A stretch of DNA of 64,000 nucleotides from Candidatus Freyarchaeum deiterrae (GTDB lineage Archaea > Asgardarchaeota > Jordiarchaeia > Jordiarchaeales > Jordiarchaeaceae), in contig CP147778.1 of assembly GCA_037305845.1 (NCBI GenBank), positions 1,760,001 through 1,824,000 of the forward strand. The letters run 5' to 3'. The translations under genes were made by a program, and so were the position numbers. Below the pieces are notes generated by a model. It saw only the letters and a list, made by a program, of their open reading frames with translations. It had not been told where the DNA came from and ran no database searches. Every line of letters begins with the position of its first letter. Position 1 is the stretch's first letter. Of this stretch, positions 1-10,356 are shown piece by piece.

Positions 1-2
1 GT

Positions 3-1178
3 TTTAATAAACTTCTGCAGCATAACATTCTCTTCGCGGCTTCCGTTTTAAAAAGAGTAAGATTAGACATAAGAGAAGGTTTTTTGCGAGAGAGAGTAGA
101 GCTATCATCACATTACTCGCCTACACTAGCGGCGTATCTTCGAATTTTGGATAAGAATAATTTTGATTATCTTGAGGAGTACACTCCAATTGCCAAAAAA
201 GGAGTTGCATACTGTATAGGACCAGAATCCTATCATCGACCAGAGATCGAGAGATTTAGAAAAAGAATTTCAGAACGCTATACTCCTATAAGCGGCATTC
301 GAACTGTGATTATTTTACCCTGTTCCGCGAAAAAGCCTTACTCCCTCTCGCAATCTCATAGACGGTTTAGAGAAGTTATAAGGCGTGTTGGTAAAGGATT
401 AATCCAAGAAGTTATACTCTCATCTCCACTGGGATTAGTTCCAAGGGAACTTGAACAAGTGTATCCTGCGGCTCATTATGATGTTCCTGTAACTGGTGAT
501 TGGGACCAAGAAGAAATAGAAATAGCTTCAGTCTCTCTTTCTAAATATTTTGAAAAATTAGATAAAGAAACCGTATTAATAGCACATCTAGATGGTGGAT
601 ACAAGCAAGCTTGTTTAAAGGCTTCTAATATATCAGGAAAAAAGGTAATATTCACCGACATAAATGGCAACGCAGCAGGAGAAAGTAGCTTATCCAGCTT
701 GAAAAAAACCTTAGAAGAGTATGCTGACCTGTCGGGAACTAAAGAGACATCGAAAATAGACTCGTTAAGAAAAATTGTTGATTACCAATTCGGAATAGGC
801 GCTGGAGTAAAATTGATCCCTAGCTATGCAGATGTGAAAAGAGACCGAGTGGGAAATGTAAAAATTCTGCTAGACAAACAATTAGTCGCCTCATTTAACC
901 AAGCGTATGGTTTATTCAAATTAACTCTCAAAGGTGCTGAGAGCTTGTCCAATTTCGGATATTGGATAGAATTTGATGGGGACATAGTAAGTGGTACAAA
1001 TCTTTTCGCTCCTGGTGTTAAAGATGCAGATCCAAAGATTCGACCCGAAGACTTTGTACTTATTTATAATCGTTCAAAAGAACTAATTGCAGTGGGAACA
1101 TCCAACATGAGTGGTTTAGAGATGAGACACTCGAAAAAAGGCATCGCGGTTAAATTTACTGAGAAAAAGATGGAATAA
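3..1178 (+). CDS. arcS: Archaeosine synthase subunit (ArcS/TgtA2), 5'-truncated by the window edge
   Basis: Frame is open from base 3. LPCSAKKPYSLSQSH motif, PAAHYDVPVTGDW, C-terminal PUA domain (LFAPGVKDADPKIRPED). Next to RaSEA. Confidence 0.9.
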   Translation, partial: FNKLLQHNILFAASVLKRVRLDIREGFLRERVELSSHYSPTLAAYLRILDKNNFDYLEEYTPIAKKGVAYCIGPESYHRPEIERFRKRISERYTPISGIRTVIILPCSAKKPYSLSQSHRRFREVIRRVGKGLIQEVILSSPLGLVPRELEQVYPAAHYDVPVTGDWDQEEIEIASVSLSKYFEKLDKETVLIAHLDGGYKQACLKASNISGKKVIFTDINGNAAGESSLSSLKKTLEEYADLSGTKETSKIDSLRKIVDYQFGIGAGVKLIPSYADVKRDRVGNVKILLDKQLVASFNQAYGLFKLTLKGAESLSNFGYWIEFDGDIVSGTNLFAPGVKDADPKIRPEDFVLIYNRSKELIAVGTSNMSGLEMRHSKKGIAVKFTEKKME

Positions 1179-1180
1179 AA

Positions 1181-2248
1181 ATGTTTGAAGCCAATGATTC
1201 TGAATTAGTTAATAAGATAATTGAAATTCGTCGAAAAAATTTGAACAGATTTAGAAAGGATTTCAAAGAGAAACCTGTAAAATACTGGTTGGAAAAGGAC
1301 AGATTTTTGAACAAGATTGGGACTTCTTTAGTCGTTATTCTTGCCACGAGAGGTTGTAATTGGGCATTATCCAGCGGAGGGGGCTGCTCGATGTGCGGTT
1401 ACATTTATGATTCTCCCTTAACTATTCCAGATTCTGATTCTTTAATCAAACAATTTGATTTAGCGTGTAAAGCTAGCATACCGGTTAAAGACTCCTTGGC
1501 AATTAAGATTTTTACTTCGGGAAGTTTTTTTGATGAGAGGGAAGTCCCGAAATCCGCACAAGAAGCAATTCTAAAAAGAATAGTTATGGATAAACGGGTT
1601 GAAGAAGTAATTGTTGAAACAAGGCCAGAATATGTTAATAAGGAAATTTTAAAGGAATGCTGTGAGATTCTGGGAAAAATCCATTTTGAGATAGCAATTG
1701 GTCTGGAAACAAGCAATGATAATATTAGAAATAATTATATAAACAAAGGTTTTAAACTCAAAGACTTTGAGAGAGCTGTTTCCATAGCTAAGCACTCCGG
1801 AGTAGGCGTCAAATCCTACCTCCTCATAAAACCTCCATTTCTAAGGGAGAGAGAAGCCATAATAGATTCTACAAACTCTGCTATAGATTCTTTTAAAATG
1901 GGAGTTGATTCGGTGTCCTTTAACCCCTGTACAGTACACAAAGGTACTCTGGTGGAACATCTTTGGGAAATAGGCAGATACAGGCCTCCGTGGCTTTGGA
2001 GCATAATTGAAATCCTGAAAAATACCTCCGAAAAGTTAAATGACAAAATAAGAATAATCTGCAGTTTAGCTGGAATAGGAAGCGAAAAAGGCCCCCATAA
2101 CTGTGGAAAATGCGACGCGAGAATCCGTGAACTACTGAATGAATTTACATTAACTCAAAACCCCGAAGTACTATCCAATATTGAATGCGACTGTAAACAA
2201 GAATGGCTTGATTATTGCGAATCAGAGTTTATCTGGAACTATTTCTGA
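1181..2248 (+). CDS. Archaeosine biosynthesis radical SAM protein RaSEA
   Basis: TRGCNW..GGCSMCGY, KIFTSGSFFD, ETRPE, GPHNCGKCD motifs; immediately downstream of arcS. Confidence 0.88.
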   Translation: MFEANDSELVNKIIEIRRKNLNRFRKDFKEKPVKYWLEKDRFLNKIGTSLVVILATRGCNWALSSGGGCSMCGYIYDSPLTIPDSDSLIKQFDLACKASIPVKDSLAIKIFTSGSFFDEREVPKSAQEAILKRIVMDKRVEEVIVETRPEYVNKEILKECCEILGKIHFEIAIGLETSNDNIRNNYINKGFKLKDFERAVSIAKHSGVGVKSYLLIKPPFLREREAIIDSTNSAIDSFKMGVDSVSFNPCTVHKGTLVEHLWEIGRYRPPWLWSIIEILKNTSEKLNDKIRIICSLAGIGSEKGPHNCGKCDARIRELLNEFTLTQNPEVLSNIECDCKQEWLDYCESEFIWNYF

Positions 2249-2368
2249 TAAATAAAAATAATAGTAAGTAATCTTTTAATTTTAAAAAGCATAGTACATA
2301 AGTAGATTTAACTTTTTTAAAACATAGTACTAATACAATAAATATCAACAAAGTGGAGGATTAAGAAG

Positions 2369-2905
2369 ATGAGTCCGGTAATTATGTTTCAAGATAAAAA
2401 GCCAAAAATTCATAAAGACGCGTATGTTAGCCCACAAGCAACTCTAGTAGGAGATGTCGAGGTCGGAGAATTCACAAATATCTGGCCAGGAAGCGTAATT
2501 AGGGGCGACTTTGCAAAAGTACAAATCGGCGCTTACACAAATATACAAGATGGATGCGTAGTTCACGCTCATACAGCGGATACTCCAGTTATTGTTGGAA
2601 ACTTTGTCACTGTTGGAAGCAATGTGGTGATGCATGGCTGTTACTGTGGAGACGCAGTTGTGATAGGAGACGGCGTAATAATATATGAAGGCGTGACCAT
2701 CGGAGAAGGAGCTTTTGTTTCTCCAGGATCGATTTTGGTACAAAACATGGTTATTCCACCCCGATTAACTGTCTCAGGCGCGCCAGCGAAGCAAATCAGG
2801 GAACTATCAAGGGAAGACATTACAAAACAAAGGGAAAGGGCTGAAATCATCGCAAGGGTATTCTCAAAACTCCGAAGATGGATACCTTCTGAGACGGCCC
2901 TCTAG
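2369..2905 (+). CDS. Gamma-class carbonic anhydrase family (left-handed beta-helix) protein
   Basis: Hexapeptide repeats; IRGD, NIQD..VVH motifs; GGAGG SD upstream. Confidence 0.85.
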   Translation: MSPVIMFQDKKPKIHKDAYVSPQATLVGDVEVGEFTNIWPGSVIRGDFAKVQIGAYTNIQDGCVVHAHTADTPVIVGNFVTVGSNVVMHGCYCGDAVVIGDGVIIYEGVTIGEGAFVSPGSILVQNMVIPPRLTVSGAPAKQIRELSREDITKQRERAEIIARVFSKLRRWIPSETAL

Positions 2906-3233
2906 GAAGCCCCTTTGGCACAAAACAAGTCTTTGTTTAGATACTCATCGTGTCTCCTGTGAAAACAATATCCAGACAGAGTGGAAATAGAATGCCATTT
3001 AAAAATTGATATTTGAATTCTTTAAAAGAATTCAAAAATTCTATTACTCCTTTTTTTAGTTAATAACTGAATTTATTTAACTTTATGATTTCACCATTAA
3101 GTAGCCTTTTAAAAATATTAAATTTCATATTTGTTAGTATATAATAAGACCTTAGTTTTGCACCCATTAGGTTAAAGATTTATTTTACATTACATAATAG
3201 TTGACAGTTGACTTACTTCAATGGAGGTTGTTC

Positions 3234-4727
3234 ATGTCTAAATGGCCTTTTATTGCGGGCGACTACTTTGTTGGAAACGAAAAATCTGCTATTGCCGTAG
3301 TTACTTGCGGATCTTACGAGTTACCAAAAGAGTTAGCTAAGCTGAGTAATAAAATAGCAATTGTTGGTTTCTGTGAAACTGAAAATGATGGAATAGCAAA
3401 GATTCTACAAAACCTAGCTTCTAACCCCTATGTTAGAATACTTATTATCTGCGGTGAAAGAGTGGTTGGTCATGAACCCGGACAAACACTCATATCGCTC
3501 TACAATAATGGGATTGATAAAAACTACAAAATCAAAGGGAGTGAGGGAACTATCCCCATTCTTCACCCAAACTATTTTCACGGAGATGATCCGAATAAAT
3601 TTGTTGAAAGATTTCAAAGACAAATCATCAATGTCTTAGACGCCAGGGGAGAAACTGACATTGAAAAAATAATCTCTTTCATCAATGAGTTTGATGAACA
3701 AAATCTCTCTCCCTTTCCTGAGGATCCTATCCTTCCTTTAAGACCCAAAGTCGAATACGATTGGGATACAGGGGTAAAGCGATTTCTAGACGAAAACAGA
3801 TTCTATTTTAATAAGGGCATACCTCTGTTAAATCCTTTAATATTTACTGGACAATTGAAAGTTTATGATATCGCAGGAATTAAGATAGGCGGGCAGAGAG
3901 GCGAGTATCCTATAATTTTGGCTGGTACCATGTTTTACAGGGGAGATAAATTAGTAAGTAATCACGATGAAGGCCTTTTTGATAAAACTAAGGCCGAGGA
4001 GCAAATTAGAAAGCAAGACGAAAACTCATTAAAGTACGAACTTCCTGCAATTGTACACATCGTAGGAGAGACTACTAAAGCTTTAACAAATTATCTTCTA
4101 TTTGTCGCGGATTCTACAGATTCACCAATAATTATCGATTCACCCATTTTAGAATCAAGAATAGAAGCGATGAGCGTAGCCAAAGATACGGGGCTAGATA
4201 GTAGAGTAATATACAACTCAGTGATTAGCGCGGATAAAAAAGAAAAAAACCTAATAAACGAAATTGGAACAATAGAATATTCCATAGTTTTACCCTTTGA
4301 TGTAAAACTAACCTCAAGGATTAGCAGACTTGAGGAAATACTGAAATTTGTCGGAGACGCAATCAAAAATCCGATCATCGATCCTGGTGTCTCTATTCTA
4401 GGAGAAGGTTCGCTAAGCGCTTTGCATGCGGCTTGGTTGCTCAAAAATTATTATGGTTACCCCGTGTGTATTGGAGTGCATAACTTACAGTCTAGAATCA
4501 CTGAAAGTAAGAAGGAATTAAAAGAACTCGATTTCTCATTTGATTATGCTCTACCTTCCTTTTATGGAATTGATATAAATCTTTACGGTCCAATAAAAAA
4601 CGCAGATAGTATATTCAGAGAGGTAGCAGCTGTTGAAGCTGCAATTGCGGATGAGAATGTAAATACCATTGGAGTTTCTCCTAAACCTCCTCATCCCTAC
4701 TATGCTGTGAACCTTGGTCGTGAATAA
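3234..4727 (+). CDS. Soluble MtrA-MtrH (MtxA-MtxH-like) fusion: corrinoid protein plus methyl-H4MPT/H4F methyltransferase
   Basis: N-terminal WP..GDY.VG, G.CETENDGI.K...N..SNP..R, GHEPGQ (cobamide His). From about residue 205, IAGIKIGGQRGEYP..LAGTMFY (MtrH start), IIDS, YNS, YGPI. ATG 3234 follows a GGAGG SD (ORF track starts at TTG 3201). No TM anchor. Confidence 0.85.
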   Translation: MSKWPFIAGDYFVGNEKSAIAVVTCGSYELPKELAKLSNKIAIVGFCETENDGIAKILQNLASNPYVRILIICGERVVGHEPGQTLISLYNNGIDKNYKIKGSEGTIPILHPNYFHGDDPNKFVERFQRQIINVLDARGETDIEKIISFINEFDEQNLSPFPEDPILPLRPKVEYDWDTGVKRFLDENRFYFNKGIPLLNPLIFTGQLKVYDIAGIKIGGQRGEYPIILAGTMFYRGDKLVSNHDEGLFDKTKAEEQIRKQDENSLKYELPAIVHIVGETTKALTNYLLFVADSTDSPIIIDSPILESRIEAMSVAKDTGLDSRVIYNSVISADKKEKNLINEIGTIEYSIVLPFDVKLTSRISRLEEILKFVGDAIKNPIIDPGVSILGEGSLSALHAAWLLKNYYGYPVCIGVHNLQSRITESKKELKELDFSFDYALPSFYGIDINLYGPIKNADSIFREVAAVEAAIADENVNTIGVSPKPPHPYYAVNLGRE

Positions 4728-4729
4728 AA

Positions 4730-6004
4730 ATGAGTTTTTACGGTCCATATTTGATTCGAACTAGAAGCATAGATGTTGCATGGAGAAGCTGTATCAACAC
4801 AATTATTGAGAAGGGAATAAAACAAACAACTGAAGATAAAAGGCAAGAGACCAAAGAAACATTTTGTGCAACAATCCACATAAGTGATTGGCAAAGCGGG
4901 AAACTTGTTCCAACAAATTATATTGGACTAAGTGAGGATCTAATTCTCGAAAATTATATTCCACAGTACCTTAGTTCCGAAAGAGGAGAACACATATACA
5001 GCTATGGATGGGCAATGCGTAAAAGGTTCATGTTTAATCAATTAGACTACATCAAAGATCAGTTAAGCAGTGGAAAGAGTGTGGCATTCGCCCAATTCTG
5101 GAACCCCGCAACAGACATCACAAGCACAAATCCACCCTGTATAAATATAGTTCTTTTTCATAAGATAAATTCTAAAATTCACTCAACCATATACCTTAGA
5201 AGCAATGATATGGCAAGAGCCTACCCAGACGATGTTGCAGGTGTTTACACTGTATTTTTAACTGAGGTTTCGAGCAGATTTGGTGGAAAAAAGGCTATGG
5301 GCACCATAACTACAATCTCTGGATCTGCACACGTATATGAAACTTCTATCAACGAAATTAAACAAAGCTCTTTCGGCTCAATATCCGCTTCCAACTCTAA
5401 TCCAAAAATTAATGAAGAAAATTTGGCTGGACCGGTACTCTTCCGGTCGCACAATTTAAAAGGCCTTTTACACGAATTAGAGGTCAAGTTTCCTAAATAC
5501 TCCAAGCCTCAGGGAAAACAAAATTACTATCTATATTTCGGTTTCAAATTGGAAGAAATAAATCTAGAGTTAAAAGAATTTGAGAATCAAGCGGAAAAAA
5601 TTGTACATGGCGCAGAAAATCTCGGAAAAGCTCTAAGGTTCTATAAAGCTAAAACGGACGATGGAGAACCAGTAACAATTGATCAAATAGAATTGGCTAA
5701 AAGAAAATTAGAGGAATCAAATCAAAGCAGGAGAATAATTATTACGCCTAATAATCCTTGGATAAAAGGGTACGACCTAAATCCTTTAATTATACAATTT
5801 TTGTTAAGGCAAGGTCGCCTATTTACTTCCGTGCTTTTCGCAGATTACTCGATAAAACATATCCTGTCGGGAATTTACTTAATTAAGGCAATTCAAAATG
5901 AAATGCTGAATGGAAATAAATACAGTTTGGGGCCTATGGCGTTTTTCTTCATGCCCGCGAATAATGGCTCTGAAACTGTAGACTTCTCAGACATACTTAG
6001 TTAA
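4730..6004 (+). CDS. Thymidylate synthase/dCMP hydroxymethylase superfamily protein with two TS-like domains
   Basis: Domain 1: YSYG, WNP, NPPC (Cys137), RSND, SAHVYE. Domain 2: DQI, SRR, NP, QFLLRQGRL, but no catalytic Cys. Starts 2 nt after the mtrA-H stop. Confidence 0.8.
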   Translation: MSFYGPYLIRTRSIDVAWRSCINTIIEKGIKQTTEDKRQETKETFCATIHISDWQSGKLVPTNYIGLSEDLILENYIPQYLSSERGEHIYSYGWAMRKRFMFNQLDYIKDQLSSGKSVAFAQFWNPATDITSTNPPCINIVLFHKINSKIHSTIYLRSNDMARAYPDDVAGVYTVFLTEVSSRFGGKKAMGTITTISGSAHVYETSINEIKQSSFGSISASNSNPKINEENLAGPVLFRSHNLKGLLHELEVKFPKYSKPQGKQNYYLYFGFKLEEINLELKEFENQAEKIVHGAENLGKALRFYKAKTDDGEPVTIDQIELAKRKLEESNQSRRIIITPNNPWIKGYDLNPLIIQFLLRQGRLFTSVLFADYSIKHILSGIYLIKAIQNEMLNGNKYSLGPMAFFFMPANNGSETVDFSDILS

Positions 6005-6293
6005 CATGAGAAATGTTCAAAACTCAATTAGTAAAGCATCGGTCCGCATAAGCGTAAAAAATTTACCTACTAAAAACTATATTTTTGGATACTGCCTAAT
6101 AGCGTCCAACTATGGAAAGTGTTGTTGCTTAAGATATATTTAAAAAATGTTAATGTGTGGTGGATACACATATAAGACATCTTTAATAAAAGATATAAAT
6201 TGTGTAATAGATACATTATTATCATAGTGTGTGAAATTGGTTTAAGCGTTAAAGAAACTTGTTGATGTATTAAGAAATAGGAGGTAGAAGTAC

Positions 6294-7025
6294 ATGTTTG
6301 CAGCTCCTGGATTAGGCTACGACCGAGCCATCACGATTTTTTCACCCGACGGTCGTCTCTTTCAAGTTGAGTATGCAATAGAGGCTGTACGTCGAGGTAC
6401 CACCGCTATAGGTGTGAGGTGTAAGGACGGCGTAGTGCTTGCGGTAGAAAAACGTGTGTTAGCTCTCCAGGATCCCGAGAGCGTAGAGAAAATATTTGTC
6501 ATTGATGCGCACATAGGAACCGCAATCGCCGGACTGACGGCTGACGCGCGTGTTCTGGTAAATCAAGCTAGAGTTCAGGCTCAGGTTAATCGTCTTACAT
6601 ATGATGAGCCTATTAATGTTGAAAGTTTAACTAGGTATATTGGTGACACTAAACAGATGTACACTCAACATGCAGGTGTTAGGCCTTTTGGTGTTTCTTT
6701 CCTAATAGCTGGCGTAGACGAACTAGGCCCTAAACTATTTATGACCGATCCTTCTGGAACTTACTGGTCTTATTGGGCAGCTGCTATAGGTAGTGGGTCT
6801 CAGGCTGCTAAGGAAGTTTTAGAGAAGGAGTATAAGCAGATTATGGGTCTTGAGGAGTCTATTAAACTTTCTCTAAAGGCTTTGAATCAGGTATTAGAAT
6901 CTGAACTTGATCCTTCAAAAGTGGAAGTTGCAGTGGTAGACGTTACATCAAAGATTTTTAAGAGACTGTCTTCTAGTGAGGTTCAAGGTTATATCGATGA
7001 GATTAGAAAGTCTCGTAGTACTTAG
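6294..7025 (+). CDS. psmA: Proteasome alpha subunit
   Basis: YDRAITIFSPDGRLFQVEYA, RPFGVS; GGAGGT SD. Confidence 0.97.
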   Translation: MFAAPGLGYDRAITIFSPDGRLFQVEYAIEAVRRGTTAIGVRCKDGVVLAVEKRVLALQDPESVEKIFVIDAHIGTAIAGLTADARVLVNQARVQAQVNRLTYDEPINVESLTRYIGDTKQMYTQHAGVRPFGVSFLIAGVDELGPKLFMTDPSGTYWSYWAAAIGSGSQAAKEVLEKEYKQIMGLEESIKLSLKALNQVLESELDPSKVEVAVVDVTSKIFKRLSSSEVQGYIDEIRKSRST

Positions 7026-7027
7026 GA

Positions 7028-7756
7028 ATGATAGTTATGTCTATGCGCGGCGATAAGTGGGTTGATTTAGGTGACACTGTAGTAGCTCGTTTAGAGACCC
7101 ACGGTGAAAAATTTGAGATTCTTGTCAATCCCAATAAGGCATGGGAGTATCGCCGCGGTCAAAATATTGACCTATCTGAGATACTAAAAAGTTATGACAT
7201 CTTTGATGATGCACATAAAGGTCTTAAAGCAACAGAGGGAAAACTGCTAGAAGCCTTTGAAACAACAGACATAAATAAAATTGCTCCGATTATACTAAAA
7301 AAGGGATTTATACAACTCACTACGGAACAGCGTAGGGAGATGACTAATAACAAAAGAATGCAGATAATTAACATTCTTGCCCGTAATTGTATTAATCCTC
7401 AGACAGGCCTTCCTCATCCCCCAGCAAGAATCGAACGAGCTATGGAAGAGGCGAAGGTTTCAATCGACTTATGGAGAAGCCCCGAGGAGCAAGCAAAAGA
7501 TGTATTAAAAATGATTCAGCCAATAATACCAATAAGAATGGAACTCTTAAAACTGGCTGTAAAATTTCCACCGGACTATTCCGGTAAGGGATATAGCATC
7601 GTGGAACGTTTTGGAACCGTAACTAAGGACGAATGGCAGAAAGACGGTTCCTGGATTGCTATGATGGAAATTCCTGCCGGGCTTAGGGGTAAGCTCATAG
7701 AAGCGTTAAATAACCAAACTAAGGGAAAGGCAGAAGTAAAATTCATTAAAGATTGA
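7028..7756 (+). CDS. sdo1: Ribosome assembly factor SBDS
   Basis: VARL...GEKFEILV, NPQTGLPHPPARIE; conserved position after psmA. Confidence 0.95.
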   Translation: MIVMSMRGDKWVDLGDTVVARLETHGEKFEILVNPNKAWEYRRGQNIDLSEILKSYDIFDDAHKGLKATEGKLLEAFETTDINKIAPIILKKGFIQLTTEQRREMTNNKRMQIINILARNCINPQTGLPHPPARIERAMEEAKVSIDLWRSPEEQAKDVLKMIQPIIPIRMELLKLAVKFPPDYSGKGYSIVERFGTVTKDEWQKDGSWIAMMEIPAGLRGKLIEALNNQTKGKAEVKFIKD

Positions 7757-8448
7757 AAGGTGGTTTATCTTTGTCATTACATTTTAAAAATAGGAAAATA
7801 GTAGTACCCGGGGAGTTACTTGCCGAGGGCGCATATAAACCCGGCGAGGGAGCCTTCAGAGAAGGTAACTATATTTACTCCTCCGTAGTGGGCTTGGCGG
7901 AGGCTAAAGGTAAAATTGTAGAAGTTGTTGCTTTTGAGGGCGCATATATTCCAAAAGTTGGTGATGTAGTTATAGGAAAAGTTGAGGACGTAAAGATGAC
8001 TTCATGGCGAATTGATATACATTCACCATACCAAGCCACAATGCATCCGGTAAACGTTTTTGAACGACGTATGGATACTATGAAAGACGACCTCCGCCGA
8101 TACTTCGACGTGAAAGACACACTGGTTGCTAAAATAATGTCCTTTGACCGAACAAAGACTCCTGTGCTTACCGTAAGAGAGCGTGGTCTCGGTAAACTTC
8201 AAGGCGGATATCTGGTAGAAATGCTACCAACTAAAATCCCGCGTTTGATCGGTCGTAAGGGTTCAATGATAAATATGATTAAAAAAGAAACTAGATGTCA
8301 GATTACTATCGGCCAGAACGGGATAATTTGGGTCTCTGGCAAGAGTTTCGAAGAAGAAGAGCGAGTTATTAAAGCTATAAGACAGATTGAACGAGAGGCT
8401 CATACTCCTGGTTTAACTGATAGGATTAGAGATTTAATTCATAAGTAA
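7753..8448 (+). CDS. rrp4: Exosome RNA-binding protein Rrp4
   Basis: VVPGELL, YIPKVGDVVIG (S1), PRLIGRKGSMI (KH). True start may be TTG 7771. Confidence 0.95.
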   Translation: MKGGLSLSLHFKNRKIVVPGELLAEGAYKPGEGAFREGNYIYSSVVGLAEAKGKIVEVVAFEGAYIPKVGDVVIGKVEDVKMTSWRIDIHSPYQATMHPVNVFERRMDTMKDDLRRYFDVKDTLVAKIMSFDRTKTPVLTVRERGLGKLQGGYLVEMLPTKIPRLIGRKGSMINMIKKETRCQITIGQNGIIWVSGKSFEEEERVIKAIRQIEREAHTPGLTDRIRDLIHK

Positions 8449-8470
8449 ATTTTGTTAGGTGAGTGAGTAA

Positions 8471-9247
8471 ATGGAAGAACCTCATATTTCCTCCCAAATT
8501 AAACTAATAGCTGAAGATAATTTGAGACTTGACAAAAGAAAATTAGATGAACTTCGACCAATTAAGTTGGAAGTTGGAGTTCTCTCAAGAGCTGATGGCT
8601 CTGCGTATATCGAACAAGGAAGAAGTAAGATTCTTGCAGCGGTTTACGGTCCGCGTGAACTACACCCTCGCCATCTTGCACAACCTGACGAGGCTTTACT
8701 GCAATGTATTTATAGAATGGCTACCTTCTCTGTGGAAGAGAGGAAAAGCCCAGCGCCATCACGTAGAGAAACAGAACTTTCTAAGGTCATAACCGAATCT
8801 CTCGCCCCCGCGGTTTTTCTAAAATATTATCCGAGATCGTCCATAGATGTTTATATACAAGTAATCCAAGCCGATGGGGGAACCAGATGTTCAAGTATAA
8901 CAGCCGCTTCCTTAGCCTTAGCAGATGCCGGTATCCCATTACGTGATTTAGTAGCGGCTTGTGCCGCAGGCAAGATAGATGGAAAAGTAGCTCTCGATTT
9001 GAGTGACATTGAGGATAAAAGCGGGGAAGCAGACTTACCTGTTGCTATAATGCCAAGAAAAAATTTGATTACACTAATACAGATGGACGGGTTTTTGACC
9101 AAGCAAGAATTTGTCGAAGCCTACGAACTAGCTGTAAAGGGTTGTCAAAAAATTTACGACATGCAAAGAGAAGTTCTCATACAAAAGTATATTAGTATTC
9201 AAGAGGAGTTCTCAGAAGAAGAAAACGAACCAGATAATGGAGGTTAA
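8471..9247 (+). CDS. rrp41: Exosome catalytic subunit Rrp41
   Basis: [29 protein letters not shown]. Confidence 0.96.
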   Translation: MEEPHISSQIKLIAEDNLRLDKRKLDELRPIKLEVGVLSRADGSAYIEQGRSKILAAVYGPRELHPRHLAQPDEALLQCIYRMATFSVEERKSPAPSRRETELSKVITESLAPAVFLKYYPRSSIDVYIQVIQADGGTRCSSITAASLALADAGIPLRDLVAACAAGKIDGKVALDLSDIEDKSGEADLPVAIMPRKNLITLIQMDGFLTKQEFVEAYELAVKGCQKIYDMQREVLIQKYISIQEEFSEEENEPDNGG

Positions 9248-9250
9248 AAA

Positions 9251-10069
9251 ATGCCTCACAGTCTTATTACGGAAATTGAATCAAAGTACATAAGATCACT
9301 TATGGGTAGAGAAAGCAGAGTTGATGGCCGCGGATTGAAGGAGATGCGTCCAATCACGATTGAATACGGAATAGTAGAGAAGGCTTGTGGGTCAGCCAGA
9401 GTAACTATAGGTAGCACAAAGGTTATTGTTGGAGTGAGCGCAGAGGTTGGAACACCCTTCCCTGACACCCCTAACGCGGGGGTTGTGACATGCACCGCAG
9501 AATGTTCACCGATGGCGTCTCCCTACTTTGAACCAGGCCCACCCAATGAAGACTCTATCGAATTAGCAAGAGTTGTTGATAGAGGCATAAGGGAATCTAA
9601 AATGGTAGACGTAGATAAACTCTGCATAATCCCTAATGAAAAAGTGTGGATTCTCTTCGTAGATATTTATGTTATTGACCACGGAGGAAATCTATTCGAC
9701 GCCTCCTCTCTAGCAGCTGTCAGCGCTTTACTTACAACTAAAATTCCAAAAATTGAAGTAGAGGATGGAAAGGTAAAAAAACTTAATGAAAAAACACCCC
9801 TTCCAGTGAAAGACATACCAATTTCCTTAACTTTCGCAAAGATAGATGAACAACTATGTGTAGATCCTATATTAGAAGAAGAAAACGTTATGGACGCTAG
9901 AATTACTATAGTTTACGATCAGGGTGGCAACATTGTAGCTATGCAAAAAGGAGAACGAGGGGCATTAACTACCTCGGATCTTTACAAAGCTGTAGACTTG
10001 GCGGAAAATATGTCAAAAGAAATTAGAGAAAAATATATTTCCCCCATTTTGAAAAAGGAGGCCTCCTAA
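9251..10069 (+). CDS. rrp42: Exosome subunit Rrp42
   Basis: [30 protein letters not shown]. Confidence 0.96.
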   Translation: MPHSLITEIESKYIRSLMGRESRVDGRGLKEMRPITIEYGIVEKACGSARVTIGSTKVIVGVSAEVGTPFPDTPNAGVVTCTAECSPMASPYFEPGPPNEDSIELARVVDRGIRESKMVDVDKLCIIPNEKVWILFVDIYVIDHGGNLFDASSLAAVSALLTTKIPKIEVEDGKVKKLNEKTPLPVKDIPISLTFAKIDEQLCVDPILEEENVMDARITIVYDQGGNIVAMQKGERGALTTSDLYKAVDLAENMSKEIREKYISPILKKEAS

Positions 10070-10356
10070 TGCCGAGAACTAAAAAGGTTGGAATTGCAGG
10101 CAGATTCGGAGTAAGATACGGAACAAAGGTAAGAAAGAGAGTAAAAACAATTTTAGAAGATATGAACAAGTCACATAAATGCCCACGATGCGATACCAAA
10201 GCTGTTAAGCGAGTATCTGCTGGTATTTGGTCTTGCAAAAAATGTGGATACACCTTCACAGGTGGCGCTTATCTTCCTGTTACTCCTTTAGGTAAAGAAA
10301 AAGGAAGAGCAATAGAAACAATCACTTATGGTTCGGAAAAAGAACCCAAAAAGTAG
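10069..10356 (+). CDS. rpl37ae: 50S ribosomal protein L37Ae (eL43)
   Basis: [20 protein letters not shown]...[12 protein letters not shown]. Confidence 0.97.
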   Translation: MPRTKKVGIAGRFGVRYGTKVRKRVKTILEDMNKSHKCPRCDTKAVKRVSAGIWSCKKCGYTFTGGAYLPVTPLGKEKGRAIETITYGSEKEPKK

